64,000 nucleotides of DNA from NCBI GenBank assembly GCA_963737255.1, contig CAVTSB010000001.1, positions 386,254 to 450,253 of the forward strand. The letters are read 5' to 3'. The stretch is from an uncultured Bacteroidales bacterium. GTDB taxonomy: Bacteria > Bacteroidota > Bacteroidia > Bacteroidales > VadinHA17. The notes beneath the pieces were generated by a model. It worked only from the letters and a program-made list of their open reading frames with translations, was not told where the DNA came from and made no database searches. Every line of letters starts with the position of its first letter. Position 1 is the stretch's first letter. Position numbers and translations under genes: made by a program. Shown here piece by piece: positions 1-10,790 of the stretch.

Positions 1-666
1 ATGTTTGATAAACCGCTTTACTGGACATCATTTGATCTTGTAAACAAGGTTAGGATTATGATAAAGAGCGCCACTGGCATCAAAAACATTAAAGTGGGTC
101 ATGCCGGCACACTTGATCCCCTTGCAACAGGCCTTATGATTATTTGCACAGGTAGAGCCACAAAGAAAATTGATGAGTTCCGGGATCTCGACAAGGAATA
201 TGTGGCAAACATTCATTTTGGGGAGACAACCGCATCCTATGACCTTGAAACGGAGATAAATGGCCACTACCCGGTTGATCATATTAGCGGGGAACTTATC
301 GGGAAAGTACTTGAGGGCTTTATCGGAGAACAGAAGCAGATTCCACCTGCCCATTCTGCAAAGCTGATAAAAGGCAGGAGAGCATATGAATTTGCCAGGA
401 AGGGAATAGGGATGGAACTTGCGCCTGTCACTGTTAACTTCAGGGAGCTTGAAATATTATCGTTTAATCCTCCGGATGTGATGATCAGGCTTCTTTGCAG
501 CAAGGGAACTTATGTAAGGTCATTTGTCAGGGATATTGGACTGGCACTTAACAGCGGAGGCTATTTATCCTCCCTGAAAAGGACTGCGATTGGTAATTTC
601 ACAGTTGGGAATGCATATTCTTTAGAAAAATTTGAAAATTATATCAAAGAATTGAAACAAATTTGA
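1..666 (+). CDS. truB: tRNA pseudouridine(55) synthase TruB (probably 5'-truncated by the window edge)
   Basis: Motifs DKPLYWTSFD, KVGHAGTLDPLATG (catalytic Asp), QIPPAHSA..IKGRRAYE.AR and CSKGTYVRS. The ORF starts at base 1 directly at the DKP motif, so a few residues may lie outside the window. Confidence 0.96.
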   Translation: MFDKPLYWTSFDLVNKVRIMIKSATGIKNIKVGHAGTLDPLATGLMIICTGRATKKIDEFRDLDKEYVANIHFGETTASYDLETEINGHYPVDHISGELIGKVLEGFIGEQKQIPPAHSAKLIKGRRAYEFARKGIGMELAPVTVNFRELEILSFNPPDVMIRLLCSKGTYVRSFVRDIGLALNSGGYLSSLKRTAIGNFTVGNAYSLEKFENYIKELKQI

Positions 667-717
667 AACTGCTCCGTATAAAGGACTTCGTAAAATACAG
701 TTTATAATAAAAATAAT

Positions 718-1767
718 ATGAAACTCTCACAATTCAGGTACAATTTACCGCAGGAACTGATTGCTCTTTACCCTACTCCAAATCGCGATGAGGCAAGGTT
801 GATGGTGGTGAATAGGAAGGACGGAACATTTGAACACAGGATCTTTAAGGAAATAACGGATTATTTTAAGGAGCATGATGTTCTGGTCTTTAACAATACC
901 AAAGTTTTTCCTGCAAGGTTATATGGGAACAAAGAGAAGACCGGTGCCGAAATTGAGGTGTTTCTGTTAAGGGAATTGAACAGGGAGCAGCGGCTCTGGG
1001 ATGTGCTGGTTGATCCTGCACGTAAAATAAGAATTGGGAACAAGCTGTATTTTGGTGAAGACGACCTTTTGGTTGCTGAAGTAATTGACAATACCACATC
1101 CCGCGGCCGGACCCTCAGGTTCTTGTTCGACGGGACCTATGAGGAGTTTAAGCAAACACTCTACAGCCTCGGGGAAACACCGCTTCCAAAGTTCATTAAC
1201 CGGCCTGTTGAACCTGAAGATAACGAGCGTTACCAGACGATCTTTGCAAAGCATGAGGGTGCCGTTGCAGCACCTACGGCAGGATTGCATTTCAGCCGTG
1301 AACTGCTGAAGAAACTTGAAATTATTGGAGCGGAATTTGCGGAGATCACTTTACATGTAGGATTGGGTAACTTCAGAAGTGTTGATGTTGAGGACCTTAC
1401 AAAGCATAAAGTCGATTCGGAACGGATAAGGATCACCGAGGAGGCAGCCGAGATTGTCAACAAGGCTAAGGATAATAAAAGCAAGATCTGCGCAGTCGGG
1501 ACAACCGTAGTGAGAACCCTTGAGAGCTCGGTATCGACAAGCGGATACCTGAAGCCTTTTGACGGGTGGACGAACAAGTTCATCTTCCCGCCTTACGACT
1601 TTAAGGTTCCCGATATGCTGATCAGCAATTTTCACCTCCCATATTCCACTTTGCTTATGATGGTTGCAGCATTTACCGGTTATGACCTGCTTTTCGATGC
1701 TTACAAGACCGCAGTAAAGGAAAAGTACAGGTTTGGAACCTACGGTGATGCCATGCTGATCATCTGA
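718..1767 (+). CDS. queA: S-adenosylmethionine:tRNA ribosyltransferase-isomerase QueA
   Basis: Motifs [63 protein letters not shown] and [10 protein letters not shown]. Confidence 0.98.
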   Translation: MKLSQFRYNLPQELIALYPTPNRDEARLMVVNRKDGTFEHRIFKEITDYFKEHDVLVFNNTKVFPARLYGNKEKTGAEIEVFLLRELNREQRLWDVLVDPARKIRIGNKLYFGEDDLLVAEVIDNTTSRGRTLRFLFDGTYEEFKQTLYSLGETPLPKFINRPVEPEDNERYQTIFAKHEGAVAAPTAGLHFSRELLKKLEIIGAEFAEITLHVGLGNFRSVDVEDLTKHKVDSERIRITEEAAEIVNKAKDNKSKICAVGTTVVRTLESSVSTSGYLKPFDGWTNKFIFPPYDFKVPDMLISNFHLPYSTLLMMVAAFTGYDLLFDAYKTAVKEKYRFGTYGDAMLII

Positions 1768-1811
1768 AGCCCACAGAATGGAGAATCCTGCATAAAGAGA
1801 ATATCTGAAAT

Positions 1812-1850
1812 ACAAAAGCCGGATGAGGAAACTCATCCGGCATTTTTGTT
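1812..1850 (+). terminator. Intrinsic terminator after queA (possibly bidirectional)
   Basis: Perfect 10-bp stem GCCGGATGAG (1818-1827) / CTCATCCGGC (1832-1841) with a GAAA loop, followed by ATTTTTGTT and preceded by ACAAAA. Confidence 0.88.
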
Positions 1851-2111
1851 AATAAAAATTCCCGATAGTTAACTTCTTAGACAAGCATTCGGAATTAATA
1901 TTATGATTTTTGCGAATACCATATTTTCAGGTTTTCCTGATTAATAGCAGGCATATTTCCGAATTGTTAATAAAGTGTTAGCAACATATAAGAAAACCAG
2001 TCGGATACACGTTATTAAAGCTGACCTAAAAATAGAACAGGAGATTTCGGTTTCCACAGGAGATCCGGAAGCCGGTTTCTGTTTCTGTCTAGTAGAACCT
2101 AACCTGACAAA

Positions 2112-5100
2112 TTGAACATCTCAGTGGGACATAGGACTTTAGAATTCAAATCAATTGTAAAAAAACTGATAATCAGATATATATATAGATTATTAGTCCT
2201 TTTTGGTTACTGGGTTCTTGTTGCATGTCTGGCAGTCAACGCACAAACCGGGCCTGGAGGTGTCGGTAACAGTACCTCCAACAGGCTGTGGCTGGATGCG
2301 GTCAGGGGTGTTTACCTTGACGCAGGGATAACTCCTGCTGTAGATGGCGACCGTGTCAGGCAATGGAACGATTTTTCAGGTAATGGGAACAATGCAATTC
2401 AGGGAGCAGTCGGAAACAGACCTTTTTACCAGACTGGTGTTGTAAACGGTTGGCCGGCAATCCGGTTTACAGGCAATTCTTTTATCGACCCGGCTGCACT
2501 TGGGATTTCAGGGACTGAAGGATTTTCAATTATAACTGTTTTTAAAGTTGATCCGGGATATGATCCGGGTGGCATTTCGGATGGTGAGGGAGATTACATA
2601 ATTGACAGGGCGATATTATCAAATAATCTGACAAGTTTAAAGATTGTGACTGGAAACAAGTATTGTTTCCAGAAACGTGATAACAACAACAATGGGATTG
2701 GATCAAGTCTTGTCAGTACATCCTTAGTTTCAACAGCTCCCTTTACGGTAATAAATTATATGCGTGAATTACCGAGGGCTTTTTATAGACTTTTTGTAAA
2801 CGGTTCTCTTGAAAGATCTCAGGCAGATGGTGATGGCAACCTGACTCCTCCCCCGCCAAGAATAGGAAGACATTATGATTCAAATAATGGCGGACTCGAA
2901 GGATATATTGCTGAACTATTTGTTTATAACTACAGGATAAATAATGCACAGGTCAATATTGTCAATAGTTATCTTGCTGCGAAATACAATTTAACGATCT
3001 CAGCTGCTGCAAATAAGTATGCCTTTCGTTCAACACATAAATATGAAGTTGCGGGTATCGGAAGAGAAGATGGGGCAAATTTTCATAATGATGCAACCTC
3101 GGGTGGGATTCTTAATATTTCGGCTCCATCAGATTTAAATGATTACGAATACCTTCTGTTCGGCCATGAAAATGGTTTAATTACCGAATGGTCTCCGAAT
3201 GAAGCCCCGAACCAGTATCTGAAGCTGGGAAGGGAATGGAAAGTCGATAAGACCGGGGAACCCGGGTCTGTAACAATAAAATTTGATATATCCTCCCTGC
3301 AATCACCTCCGTGCGACAAATTTGTCCTTCTCAGGGATCCGGATGGCGATTTTACAGATGCAACTGTTACCGCTCTTACTTTTGTCTCGGGCACAACTTA
3401 TCAGGTTTCCGGCATCAGCCTTGACGATGGTGAGCATCTCACGATAGGTATGCATAGGCCTCCGGTTGCAGGCATCACTCCCGATCCTGCCAATGTTTGT
3501 GTTGGAGGGACTTTAAACATGGATGGCCATCCGACCTTTGGTACAGGTGTATACGTAAATCATGCCTGGACCGGCAGTACATCTCCTCTTTCAGCTACCA
3601 ATATTCCAAATCCTGTCTTTTCAACATCAAGTGCAGGTTCCTATAATCTGACCTACACAGTTACCGATGCCAATGGTTGTTCGGGAAGCGATAATATTAC
3701 GGTGCTGGTAGCTCCTCAGCCTGGTGGTCCTGTTCTCAATGCAAAGAATCCAAATGTGGGAACGGTATGTGCGGGTCAGGCAGTATCGGCCACTTTCACA
3801 CCCGGCAGCGGAGGTACCGGATGTTCGGATATTTACCAGTACCGTTTTGACGGCACCGGTGGATGGACACCATATACCCCCGGTACAAATTTAAATACAA
3901 CAGGTCATACCCAGGTAGAGATACAGGGTCAGCGATCGGGCTGCACGGCAGGAGCAGGGTGTACTGGTACAGCATGGGCCACACTGGCAACATGGAGTGT
4001 TAATCCGCAGCCCACGGGACCGGCTCTTCTGGCCAGGACACCCGATCTGGCAGCAGTATGTGCGGGTCAGGCAGTATCGGCCACTTTCACACCCGGCAGC
4101 GGAGGTACCGGCTGTTCGGATATTTACCAGTACCGATTTGACGGCGCCGGTGGATGGACACCATATACCCCCGGTACAAATTTAAATACAACAGGTCATA
4201 CCCAGGTAGAGATACAGGGTCAGCGATCGGGCTGCACGGCAGGAGCTGGGTGTACGGGTACAGCATGGGCCACACTGGCAACATGGAGTGTTAATCCGCA
4301 ACCAACGGGACCGGCTCTTCTGGCCAGGACACCCGATCTGGCAGCAGTATGTGCGGGTCAGGCAGTATCGGCCACTTTCACTCCCGGCAGCGGAGGTACC
4401 GGCTGTTCGGATATTTACCAGTACCGATTTGACGGCGCCGGTGGATGGACACCATATACCCCCGGTACAAATTTAAATACAACAGGTCATACCCAGGTAG
4501 AGATACAGGGTCAGCGATCGGGCTGCACGGCAGGAGCAGGGTGTACAGGTACAGCATGGGCCACACTGGCAACATGGAGTGTTAATCCGCAGCCAACGGG
4601 ACCGGCTCTTCTGGCCAGGACACCCGATCTGGCAGCAGTATGTGCGGGTCAGGCAGTATCGGCCACTTTCACACCGGGCAGCGGAGGTACCGGATGTTCG
4701 GATATTTACCAGTACCGTTTTGACGGCACCGGTGGATGGACACCATATACCCCCGGTACAAATTTAAATACAACAGGTCATACCCAGGTAGAGATACAGG
4801 GTCAGCGATCGGGCTGCACGGCAGGAGCAGGGTGTACGGGTACAGCATGGGCCACACTGGCAACATGGAGTGTTAATCCGCAGCCAACGGGACCGGCTCT
4901 TCTGGCCAGGACACCCGATCTGGCAGCAGTATGTGCGGGTCAGGCAGTATCGGCCACTTTCACACCCGGCAGCGGAGGTACCGGCTGTTCGGATATTTAC
5001 CAGTACCGATTTGACGGCGCCGGTGGATGGACACCATATACCCCCGGTACAAATTTAAATACAACAGGTCATACCCAGGTAGAGATACAGGGTCAGCGAT

Positions 5101-8100
5101 CGGGCTGCACGGCAGGAGCGGGCTGTACGGGTACAGCATGGGCCACACTGGCAACATGGAGTGTTAATCCGCAGCCAACGGGACCGGCTCTTCTGGCCAG
5201 GACACCCGATCTGGCAGCAGTATGTGCGGGTCAGGCAGTATCGGCCACTTTTACACCCGGCAGCGGAGGTACCGGGTGTTCGGATATTTACCAGTACCGT
5301 TTTGACGGCGCCGGTGGATGGACACCATATACCCCCGGTACAAATTTAAATACAACAGGTCATACCCAGGTAGAGATACAGGGTCAGCGATCGGGCTGCA
5401 CGGCAGGAGCGGGCTGTACGGGCACAGCATGGGCCACACTGGCAACATGGAGTGTTAATCCGCAGCCAACGGGACCGGCTCTTCTGGCCAGGACACCCGA
5501 TCTGGCAGCAGTATGTGCGGGTCAGGCAGTATCGGCCACTTTCACACCGGGCAGCGGAGGTACCGGATGTTCGGATATTTACCAGTACCGTTTTGACGGC
5601 GCCGGTGGATGGACACCATATACCCCCGGTACAAATTTAAATACAACAGGTCATACCCAGGTAGAGATACAGGGTCAGCGATCGGGCTGCACGGCAGGAG
5701 CAGGGTGTACTGGTACAGCATGGGCCACACTGGCAACATGGAGTGTTAATCCGCAGCCCACGGGACCGGCTCTTCTGGCCAGGACACCCGATCTGGCAGC
5801 AGTATGTGCGGGTCAGGCAGTATCGGCCACTTTCACACCCGGCAGCGGAGGTACCGGCTGTTCGGATAGTTACCAGTATCGATTTGACGGCGCCGGTGGA
5901 TGGACACCATATACCCCCGGTACAAATTTAAATACAACAGGTCATACCCAGGTAGAGATACAGGGTCAGCGATCGGGCTGCACGGCAGGAGCGGGCTGTA
6001 CGGGTACAGCATGGGCCACACTGGCAACATGGAGTGTTAATCCGCAGCCAACGGGACCGGCTCTTCTGGCCAGGACACCCGATCTGGCAGCAGTATGTGC
6101 GGGTCAGGCAGTATCGGCCACTTTCACACCCGGCAGCGGAGGTACCGGCTGTTCGGATATTTACCAGTACCGATTTGACGGCGCCGGTGGATGGACACCA
6201 TATACCCCCGGTACAAATTTAAATACAACAGGTCATACCCAGGTAGAGATACAGGGTCAGCGATCGGGCTGCACGGCAGGAGCTGGGTGTACGGGTACAG
6301 CATGGGCCACACTGGCAACATGGAGTGTTAATCCGCAACCAACGGGACCGGCTCTTCTGGCCAGGACACCCGATCTGGCAGCAGTATGTGCGGGTCAGGC
6401 AGTATCGGCCACTTTCACTCCCGGCAGCGGAGGTACCGGCTGTTCGGATATTTACCAGTACCGATTTGACGGCGCCGGTGGATGGACACCATATACCCCC
6501 GGTACAAATTTAAATACAACAGGTCATACCCAGGTAGAGATACAGGGTCAGCGATCGGGCTGCACGGCAGGAGCTGGGTGTACGGGTACAGCATGGGCCA
6601 CACTGGCAACATGGAGTGTTAATCCGCAACCAACGGGACCGGCTCTTCTGGCCAGGACACCCGATCTGGCAGCAGTATGTGCGGGTCAGGCAGTATCGGC
6701 CACTTTCACTCCCGGCAGCGGAGGTACCGGCTGTTCGGATATTTACCAGTACCGATTTGACGGCGCCGGTGGATGGACACCATATACCCCCGGTACAAAT
6801 TTAAATACAACAGGTCATACCCAGGTAGAGATACAGGGTCAGCGATCGGGCTGCACGGCAGGAGCGGGCTGTACGGGTACAGCATGGGCCACACTGGCAA
6901 CATGGAGTGTTAATCCGCAGCCCACGGGACCGGCTCTTCTGGCCAGGACACCCGATCTGGCAGCAGTATGTGCGGGTCAGGCAGTATCGGCCACTTTCAC
7001 TCCCGGCAGCGGAGGTACCGGCTGTTCGGATATTTACCAGTACCGATTTGACGGCGCCGGTGGATGGACACCATATACCCCCGGTACAAATTTAAATACA
7101 ACAGGTCATACCCAGGTAGAGATACAGGGTCAGCGATCGGGCTGCACGGCAGGAGCAGGGTGTACGGGTACAGCATGGGCCACACTGGCAACATGGAGTG
7201 TTAATCCGCAGCCAACGGGACCGGCTCTTCTGGCCAGGACACCCGATCTGGCAGCAGTATGTGCGGGTCAGGCAGTATCGGCCACTTTCACACCCGGCAG
7301 CGGAGGTACCGGATGTTCGGATATTTACCAGTACCGTTTTGACGGCACCGGTGGATGGACACCATATACCCCCGGTACAAATTTAAATACAACAGGTCAT
7401 ACCCAGGTAGAGATACAGGGTCAGCGATCGGGCTGCACGGCAGGAGCAGGGTGTACGGGTACAGCATGGGCCACACTGGCAACATGGAGTGTTAATCCGC
7501 AGCCCACGGGACCGGCTCTTCTGGCCAGGACACCCGATCTGGCAGCAGTATGTGCGGGTCAGGCAGTATCGGCCACTTTCACACCCGGCAGCGGAGGTAC
7601 CGGCTGTTCGGATATTTACCAGTACCGATTTGACGGCGCCGGTGGATGGACACCATATACCCCCGGTACAAATTTAAATACAACAGGTCATACCCAGGTA
7701 GAGATACAGGGTCAGCGATCGGGCTGCACGGCAGGAGCGGGCTGTACGGGTACAGCATGGGCCACACTGGCAACATGGAGTGTTAATCCGCAGCCAACGG
7801 GACCGGCTCTTCTGGCCAGGACACCCGATCTGGCAGCAGTATGTGCGGGTCAGGCAGTATCGGCCACTTTCACACCCGGCAGCGGAGGTACCGGCTGTTC
7901 GGATATTTACCAGTACCGTTTTGACGGCGCCGGTGGATGGACACCATATACCCCCGGTACAAATTTAAATACAACAGGTCATACCCAGGTAGAGATACAG
8001 GGTCAGCGATCGGGCTGCACGGCAGGAGCGGGCTGTACGGGTACAGCATGGGCCACACTGGCAACATGGAGTGTTAATCCGCAGCCAACGGGACCGGCTC

Positions 8101-10790
8101 TTCTGGCCAGGACACCCGATCTGGCAGCAGTATGTGCGGGTCAGGCAGTATCGGCCACTTTCACACCGGGCAGCGGAGGTACCGGATGTTCGGATATTTA
8201 CCAGTACCGATTTGACGGCGCCGGTGGATGGACACCATATACCCCCGGTACAAATTTAAATACAACAGGTCATACCCAGGTAGAGATACAGGGTCAGCGA
8301 TCGGGCTGCACGGCAGGAGCAGGGTGTACTGGTACAGCATGGGCCACACTGGCAACATGGAGTGTTAATCCGCAGCCCACGGGACCGGCTCTTCTGGCCA
8401 GGACACCCGATCTGGCAGCAGTATGTGCGGGTCAGGCAGTATCGGCCACTTTCACTCCCGGCAGCGGAGGTACCGGCTGTTCGGATATTTACCAGTACCG
8501 ATTTGACGGCGCCGGTGGATGGACACCATATACCCCCGGTACAAATTTAAATACAACAGGTCATACCCAGGTAGAGATACAGGGTCAGCGATCGGGCTGC
8601 ACGGCAGGAGCAGGGTGTACGGGTACAGCATGGGCCACACTGGCAACATGGAGTGTTAATCCGCAGCCCACGGGACCGGCTCTTCTGGCCAGGACACCCG
8701 ATCTGGCAGCAGTATGTGCGGGTCAGGCAGTATCGGCCACTTTCACACCCGGCAGCGGAGGTACCGGGTGTTCGGATAGTTACCAGTACCGTTTTGACGG
8801 CGCCGGTGGATGGACACCATATACCCCCGGTACAAATTTAAATACAACAGGTCATACCCAGGTAGAGATACAGGGTCAGCGATCGGGCTGCACGGCAGGA
8901 GCTGGGTGTACGGGTACAGCATGGGCCACACTGGCAACATGGAGTGTTAATCCGCAACCAACGGGACCGGCTCTTCTGGCCAGGACACCCGATCTGGCAG
9001 CAGTATGTGCGGGTCAGGCAGTATCGGCCACTTTCACTCCCGGCAGCGGAGGTACCGGCTGTTCGGATATTTACCAGTACCGATTTGACGGCGCCGGTGG
9101 ATGGACACCATATACCCCCGGTACAAATTTAAATACAACAGGTCATACCCAGGTAGAGATACAGGGTCAGCGATCGGGCTGCACGGCAGGAGCTGGGTGT
9201 ACGGGTACAGCATGGGCCACACTGGCAACATGGAGTGTTAATCCGCAACCAACGGGACCGGCTCTTCTGGCCAGGACACCCGATCTGGCAGCAGTATGTG
9301 CGGGTCAGGCAGTATCGGCCACTTTCACTCCCGGCAGCGGAGGTACCGGCTGTTCGGATATTTACCAGTACCGATTTGACGGCGCCGGTGGATGGACACC
9401 ATATACCCCCGGTACAAATTTAAATACAACAGGTCATACCCAGGTAGAGATACAGGGTCAGCGATCGGGCTGCACGGCAGGAGCAGGCTGTACAGGTACA
9501 GAATGGGAGACACTCGCAGCGTGGATTGTAAATCAATTCCCGGAACTCACGAGCACCCTGACACCACCAGGAATGTGTAGCGGTATGCAATTCGATTATT
9601 CCCCGTTAAGCGGAATAGCAGGTACAACCTTTGCATGGAGCAGAGCTGTCGTGGCAGGTATCACTCCGGCCATTCCCGCATCAGGCACGGGAAATCCTCA
9701 AGAAGTCCTGACTAATACAACTCCGGATCCTTTGACAGTCCGGTATGTATATTCTCTTACCGCCAATGGTTGCACAAATTCTGTTACATACAATGTTGAT
9801 GTAGTTGTCTACCCGGTAGCGGTAATCACCAGTGGAAACACCGCAAACTGGTGCAATAATATGTCGAACACTTATACAGCAACCAGTTCCAGCGCTGCAG
9901 CGACTTTTGTCTGGACAAGGGCAGCGGTTGATGGGATCAGTAATCCGGCCGCGAGCGGCGTTGGCGGGACCATAACCGAAATCCTTATCAATTCTTCGAC
10001 CGGCCCAGTAGTAGTACACTACCTTATCGCACCCTCGGTGAACGGATGCCAGGGAACTCCTTTGGATCTTGCTGTGACAGTCAACCCTACAGCAGTCATC
10101 ACAAGCGAAGCAACAGCCAACTGGTGCAATAACACCGAGAACACATACACGGCGACAAGCTCAAGCACCACTGCGACTTTTGCCTGGACAAGGGCAGCGG
10201 TGGCAGGGATAAGCAATCCTGACGGGAGCGGAACTACTGCTGAGATAAAGGAAACACTCATCAATACCACAGCAGAACCTGTAACAGTTCATTATATCAT
10301 CACCCCGTCGGTTAATGGATGTGACGGCACGCCGTTCGATCTTTCGGTGACAGTCAACCCGCCAGCAGTCATCACAAGCGAAGCAACAGCCAACTGGTGC
10401 AATAACACCGAGAACACGTACACGGCGACAAGCTCAAGCACCACTGCGACCTTTGCCTGGACAAGGGCAGCGGTGGCAGGGATAAGCAATCCTGACGGAA
10501 GCGGAACTACGTCTGAGATAAAGGAAACACTCGTCAATACAACAGCAGAGCCTGTAATAGTTCATTATATCATCACCCCGTCGGTTAATGGATGTGACGG
10601 CACGCCGTTCGATCTTTCGGTGACAGTCAACCCGACAGCAGTCATCACAAGCGAAGCAACAGCCAACTGGTGCAATAACACCGAGAACACATACACGGCG
10701 ACAAGCTCAAGCACCACTGCGACTTTTGCCTGGACAAGGGCAGCGGTGGCAGGGATAAGCAATCCTGACGGAAGCGGAACTACGTGCTGA
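2112..10790 (+). CDS. Adhesin fragment 1 as assembled: signal peptide, LamG/ConA-like N-terminal region, 20 x 97-aa Cys-containing repeats, first PKD-like repeats
   Basis: 2892-aa ORF with QTGPGGVG..LWLDA..VRQWNDFSGNGNNA..AIRF and GYIAELFVYN..VNSYLAAKY. It ends at a TGA created by the frameshift at TACGTGCT (10781-10788). Confidence 0.85.
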   Translation: MNISVGHRTLEFKSIVKKLIIRYIYRLLVLFGYWVLVACLAVNAQTGPGGVGNSTSNRLWLDAVRGVYLDAGITPAVDGDRVRQWNDFSGNGNNAIQGAVGNRPFYQTGVVNGWPAIRFTGNSFIDPAALGISGTEGFSIITVFKVDPGYDPGGISDGEGDYIIDRAILSNNLTSLKIVTGNKYCFQKRDNNNNGIGSSLVSTSLVSTAPFTVINYMRELPRAFYRLFVNGSLERSQADGDGNLTPPPPRIGRHYDSNNGGLEGYIAELFVYNYRINNAQVNIVNSYLAAKYNLTISAAANKYAFRSTHKYEVAGIGREDGANFHNDATSGGILNISAPSDLNDYEYLLFGHENGLITEWSPNEAPNQYLKLGREWKVDKTGEPGSVTIKFDISSLQSPPCDKFVLLRDPDGDFTDATVTALTFVSGTTYQVSGISLDDGEHLTIGMHRPPVAGITPDPANVCVGGTLNMDGHPTFGTGVYVNHAWTGSTSPLSATNIPNPVFSTSSAGSYNLTYTVTDANGCSGSDNITVLVAPQPGGPVLNAKNPNVGTVCAGQAVSATFTPGSGGTGCSDIYQYRFDGTGGWTPYTPGTNLNTTGHTQVEIQGQRSGCTAGAGCTGTAWATLATWSVNPQPTGPALLARTPDLAAVCAGQAVSATFTPGSGGTGCSDIYQYRFDGAGGWTPYTPGTNLNTTGHTQVEIQGQRSGCTAGAGCTGTAWATLATWSVNPQPTGPALLARTPDLAAVCAGQAVSATFTPGSGGTGCSDIYQYRFDGAGGWTPYTPGTNLNTTGHTQVEIQGQRSGCTAGAGCTGTAWATLATWSVNPQPTGPALLARTPDLAAVCAGQAVSATFTPGSGGTGCSDIYQYRFDGTGGWTPYTPGTNLNTTGHTQVEIQGQRSGCTAGAGCTGTAWATLATWSVNPQPTGPALLARTPDLAAVCAGQAVSATFTPGSGGTGCSDIYQYRFDGAGGWTPYTPGTNLNTTGHTQVEIQGQRSGCTAGAGCTGTAWATLATWSVNPQPTGPALLARTPDLAAVCAGQAVSATFTPGSGGTGCSDIYQYRFDGAGGWTPYTPGTNLNTTGHTQVEIQGQRSGCTAGAGCTGTAWATLATWSVNPQPTGPALLARTPDLAAVCAGQAVSATFTPGSGGTGCSDIYQYRFDGAGGWTPYTPGTNLNTTGHTQVEIQGQRSGCTAGAGCTGTAWATLATWSVNPQPTGPALLARTPDLAAVCAGQAVSATFTPGSGGTGCSDSYQYRFDGAGGWTPYTPGTNLNTTGHTQVEIQGQRSGCTAGAGCTGTAWATLATWSVNPQPTGPALLARTPDLAAVCAGQAVSATFTPGSGGTGCSDIYQYRFDGAGGWTPYTPGTNLNTTGHTQVEIQGQRSGCTAGAGCTGTAWATLATWSVNPQPTGPALLARTPDLAAVCAGQAVSATFTPGSGGTGCSDIYQYRFDGAGGWTPYTPGTNLNTTGHTQVEIQGQRSGCTAGAGCTGTAWATLATWSVNPQPTGPALLARTPDLAAVCAGQAVSATFTPGSGGTGCSDIYQYRFDGAGGWTPYTPGTNLNTTGHTQVEIQGQRSGCTAGAGCTGTAWATLATWSVNPQPTGPALLARTPDLAAVCAGQAVSATFTPGSGGTGCSDIYQYRFDGAGGWTPYTPGTNLNTTGHTQVEIQGQRSGCTAGAGCTGTAWATLATWSVNPQPTGPALLARTPDLAAVCAGQAVSATFTPGSGGTGCSDIYQYRFDGTGGWTPYTPGTNLNTTGHTQVEIQGQRSGCTAGAGCTGTAWATLATWSVNPQPTGPALLARTPDLAAVCAGQAVSATFTPGSGGTGCSDIYQYRFDGAGGWTPYTPGTNLNTTGHTQVEIQGQRSGCTAGAGCTGTAWATLATWSVNPQPTGPALLARTPDLAAVCAGQAVSATFTPGSGGTGCSDIYQYRFDGAGGWTPYTPGTNLNTTGHTQVEIQGQRSGCTAGAGCTGTAWATLATWSVNPQPTGPALLARTPDLAAVCAGQAVSATFTPGSGGTGCSDIYQYRFDGAGGWTPYTPGTNLNTTGHTQVEIQGQRSGCTAGAGCTGTAWATLATWSVNPQPTGPALLARTPDLAAVCAGQAVSATFTPGSGGTGCSDIYQYRFDGAGGWTPYTPGTNLNTTGHTQVEIQGQRSGCTAGAGCTGTAWATLATWSVNPQPTGPALLARTPDLAAVCAGQAVSATFTPGSGGTGCSDSYQYRFDGAGGWTPYTPGTNLNTTGHTQVEIQGQRSGCTAGAGCTGTAWATLATWSVNPQPTGPALLARTPDLAAVCAGQAVSATFTPGSGGTGCSDIYQYRFDGAGGWTPYTPGTNLNTTGHTQVEIQGQRSGCTAGAGCTGTAWATLATWSVNPQPTGPALLARTPDLAAVCAGQAVSATFTPGSGGTGCSDIYQYRFDGAGGWTPYTPGTNLNTTGHTQVEIQGQRSGCTAGAGCTGTEWETLAAWIVNQFPELTSTLTPPGMCSGMQFDYSPLSGIAGTTFAWSRAVVAGITPAIPASGTGNPQEVLTNTTPDPLTVRYVYSLTANGCTNSVTYNVDVVVYPVAVITSGNTANWCNNMSNTYTATSSSAAATFVWTRAAVDGISNPAASGVGGTITEILINSSTGPVVVHYLIAPSVNGCQGTPLDLAVTVNPTAVITSEATANWCNNTENTYTATSSSTTATFAWTRAAVAGISNPDGSGTTAEIKETLINTTAEPVTVHYIITPSVNGCDGTPFDLSVTVNPPAVITSEATANWCNNTENTYTATSSSTTATFAWTRAAVAGISNPDGSGTTSEIKETLVNTTAEPVIVHYIITPSVNGCDGTPFDLSVTVNPTAVITSEATANWCNNTENTYTATSSSTTATFAWTRAAVAGISNPDGSGTTC

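Noticed and set aside
3708..9527. Diversity-generating retroelement (many variable sites include an A allele)
   Set aside because: Variation also includes C/G, C/T and T/G sites, is mostly at synonymous third positions, and there is no reverse transcriptase or TR/VR pair in the window.
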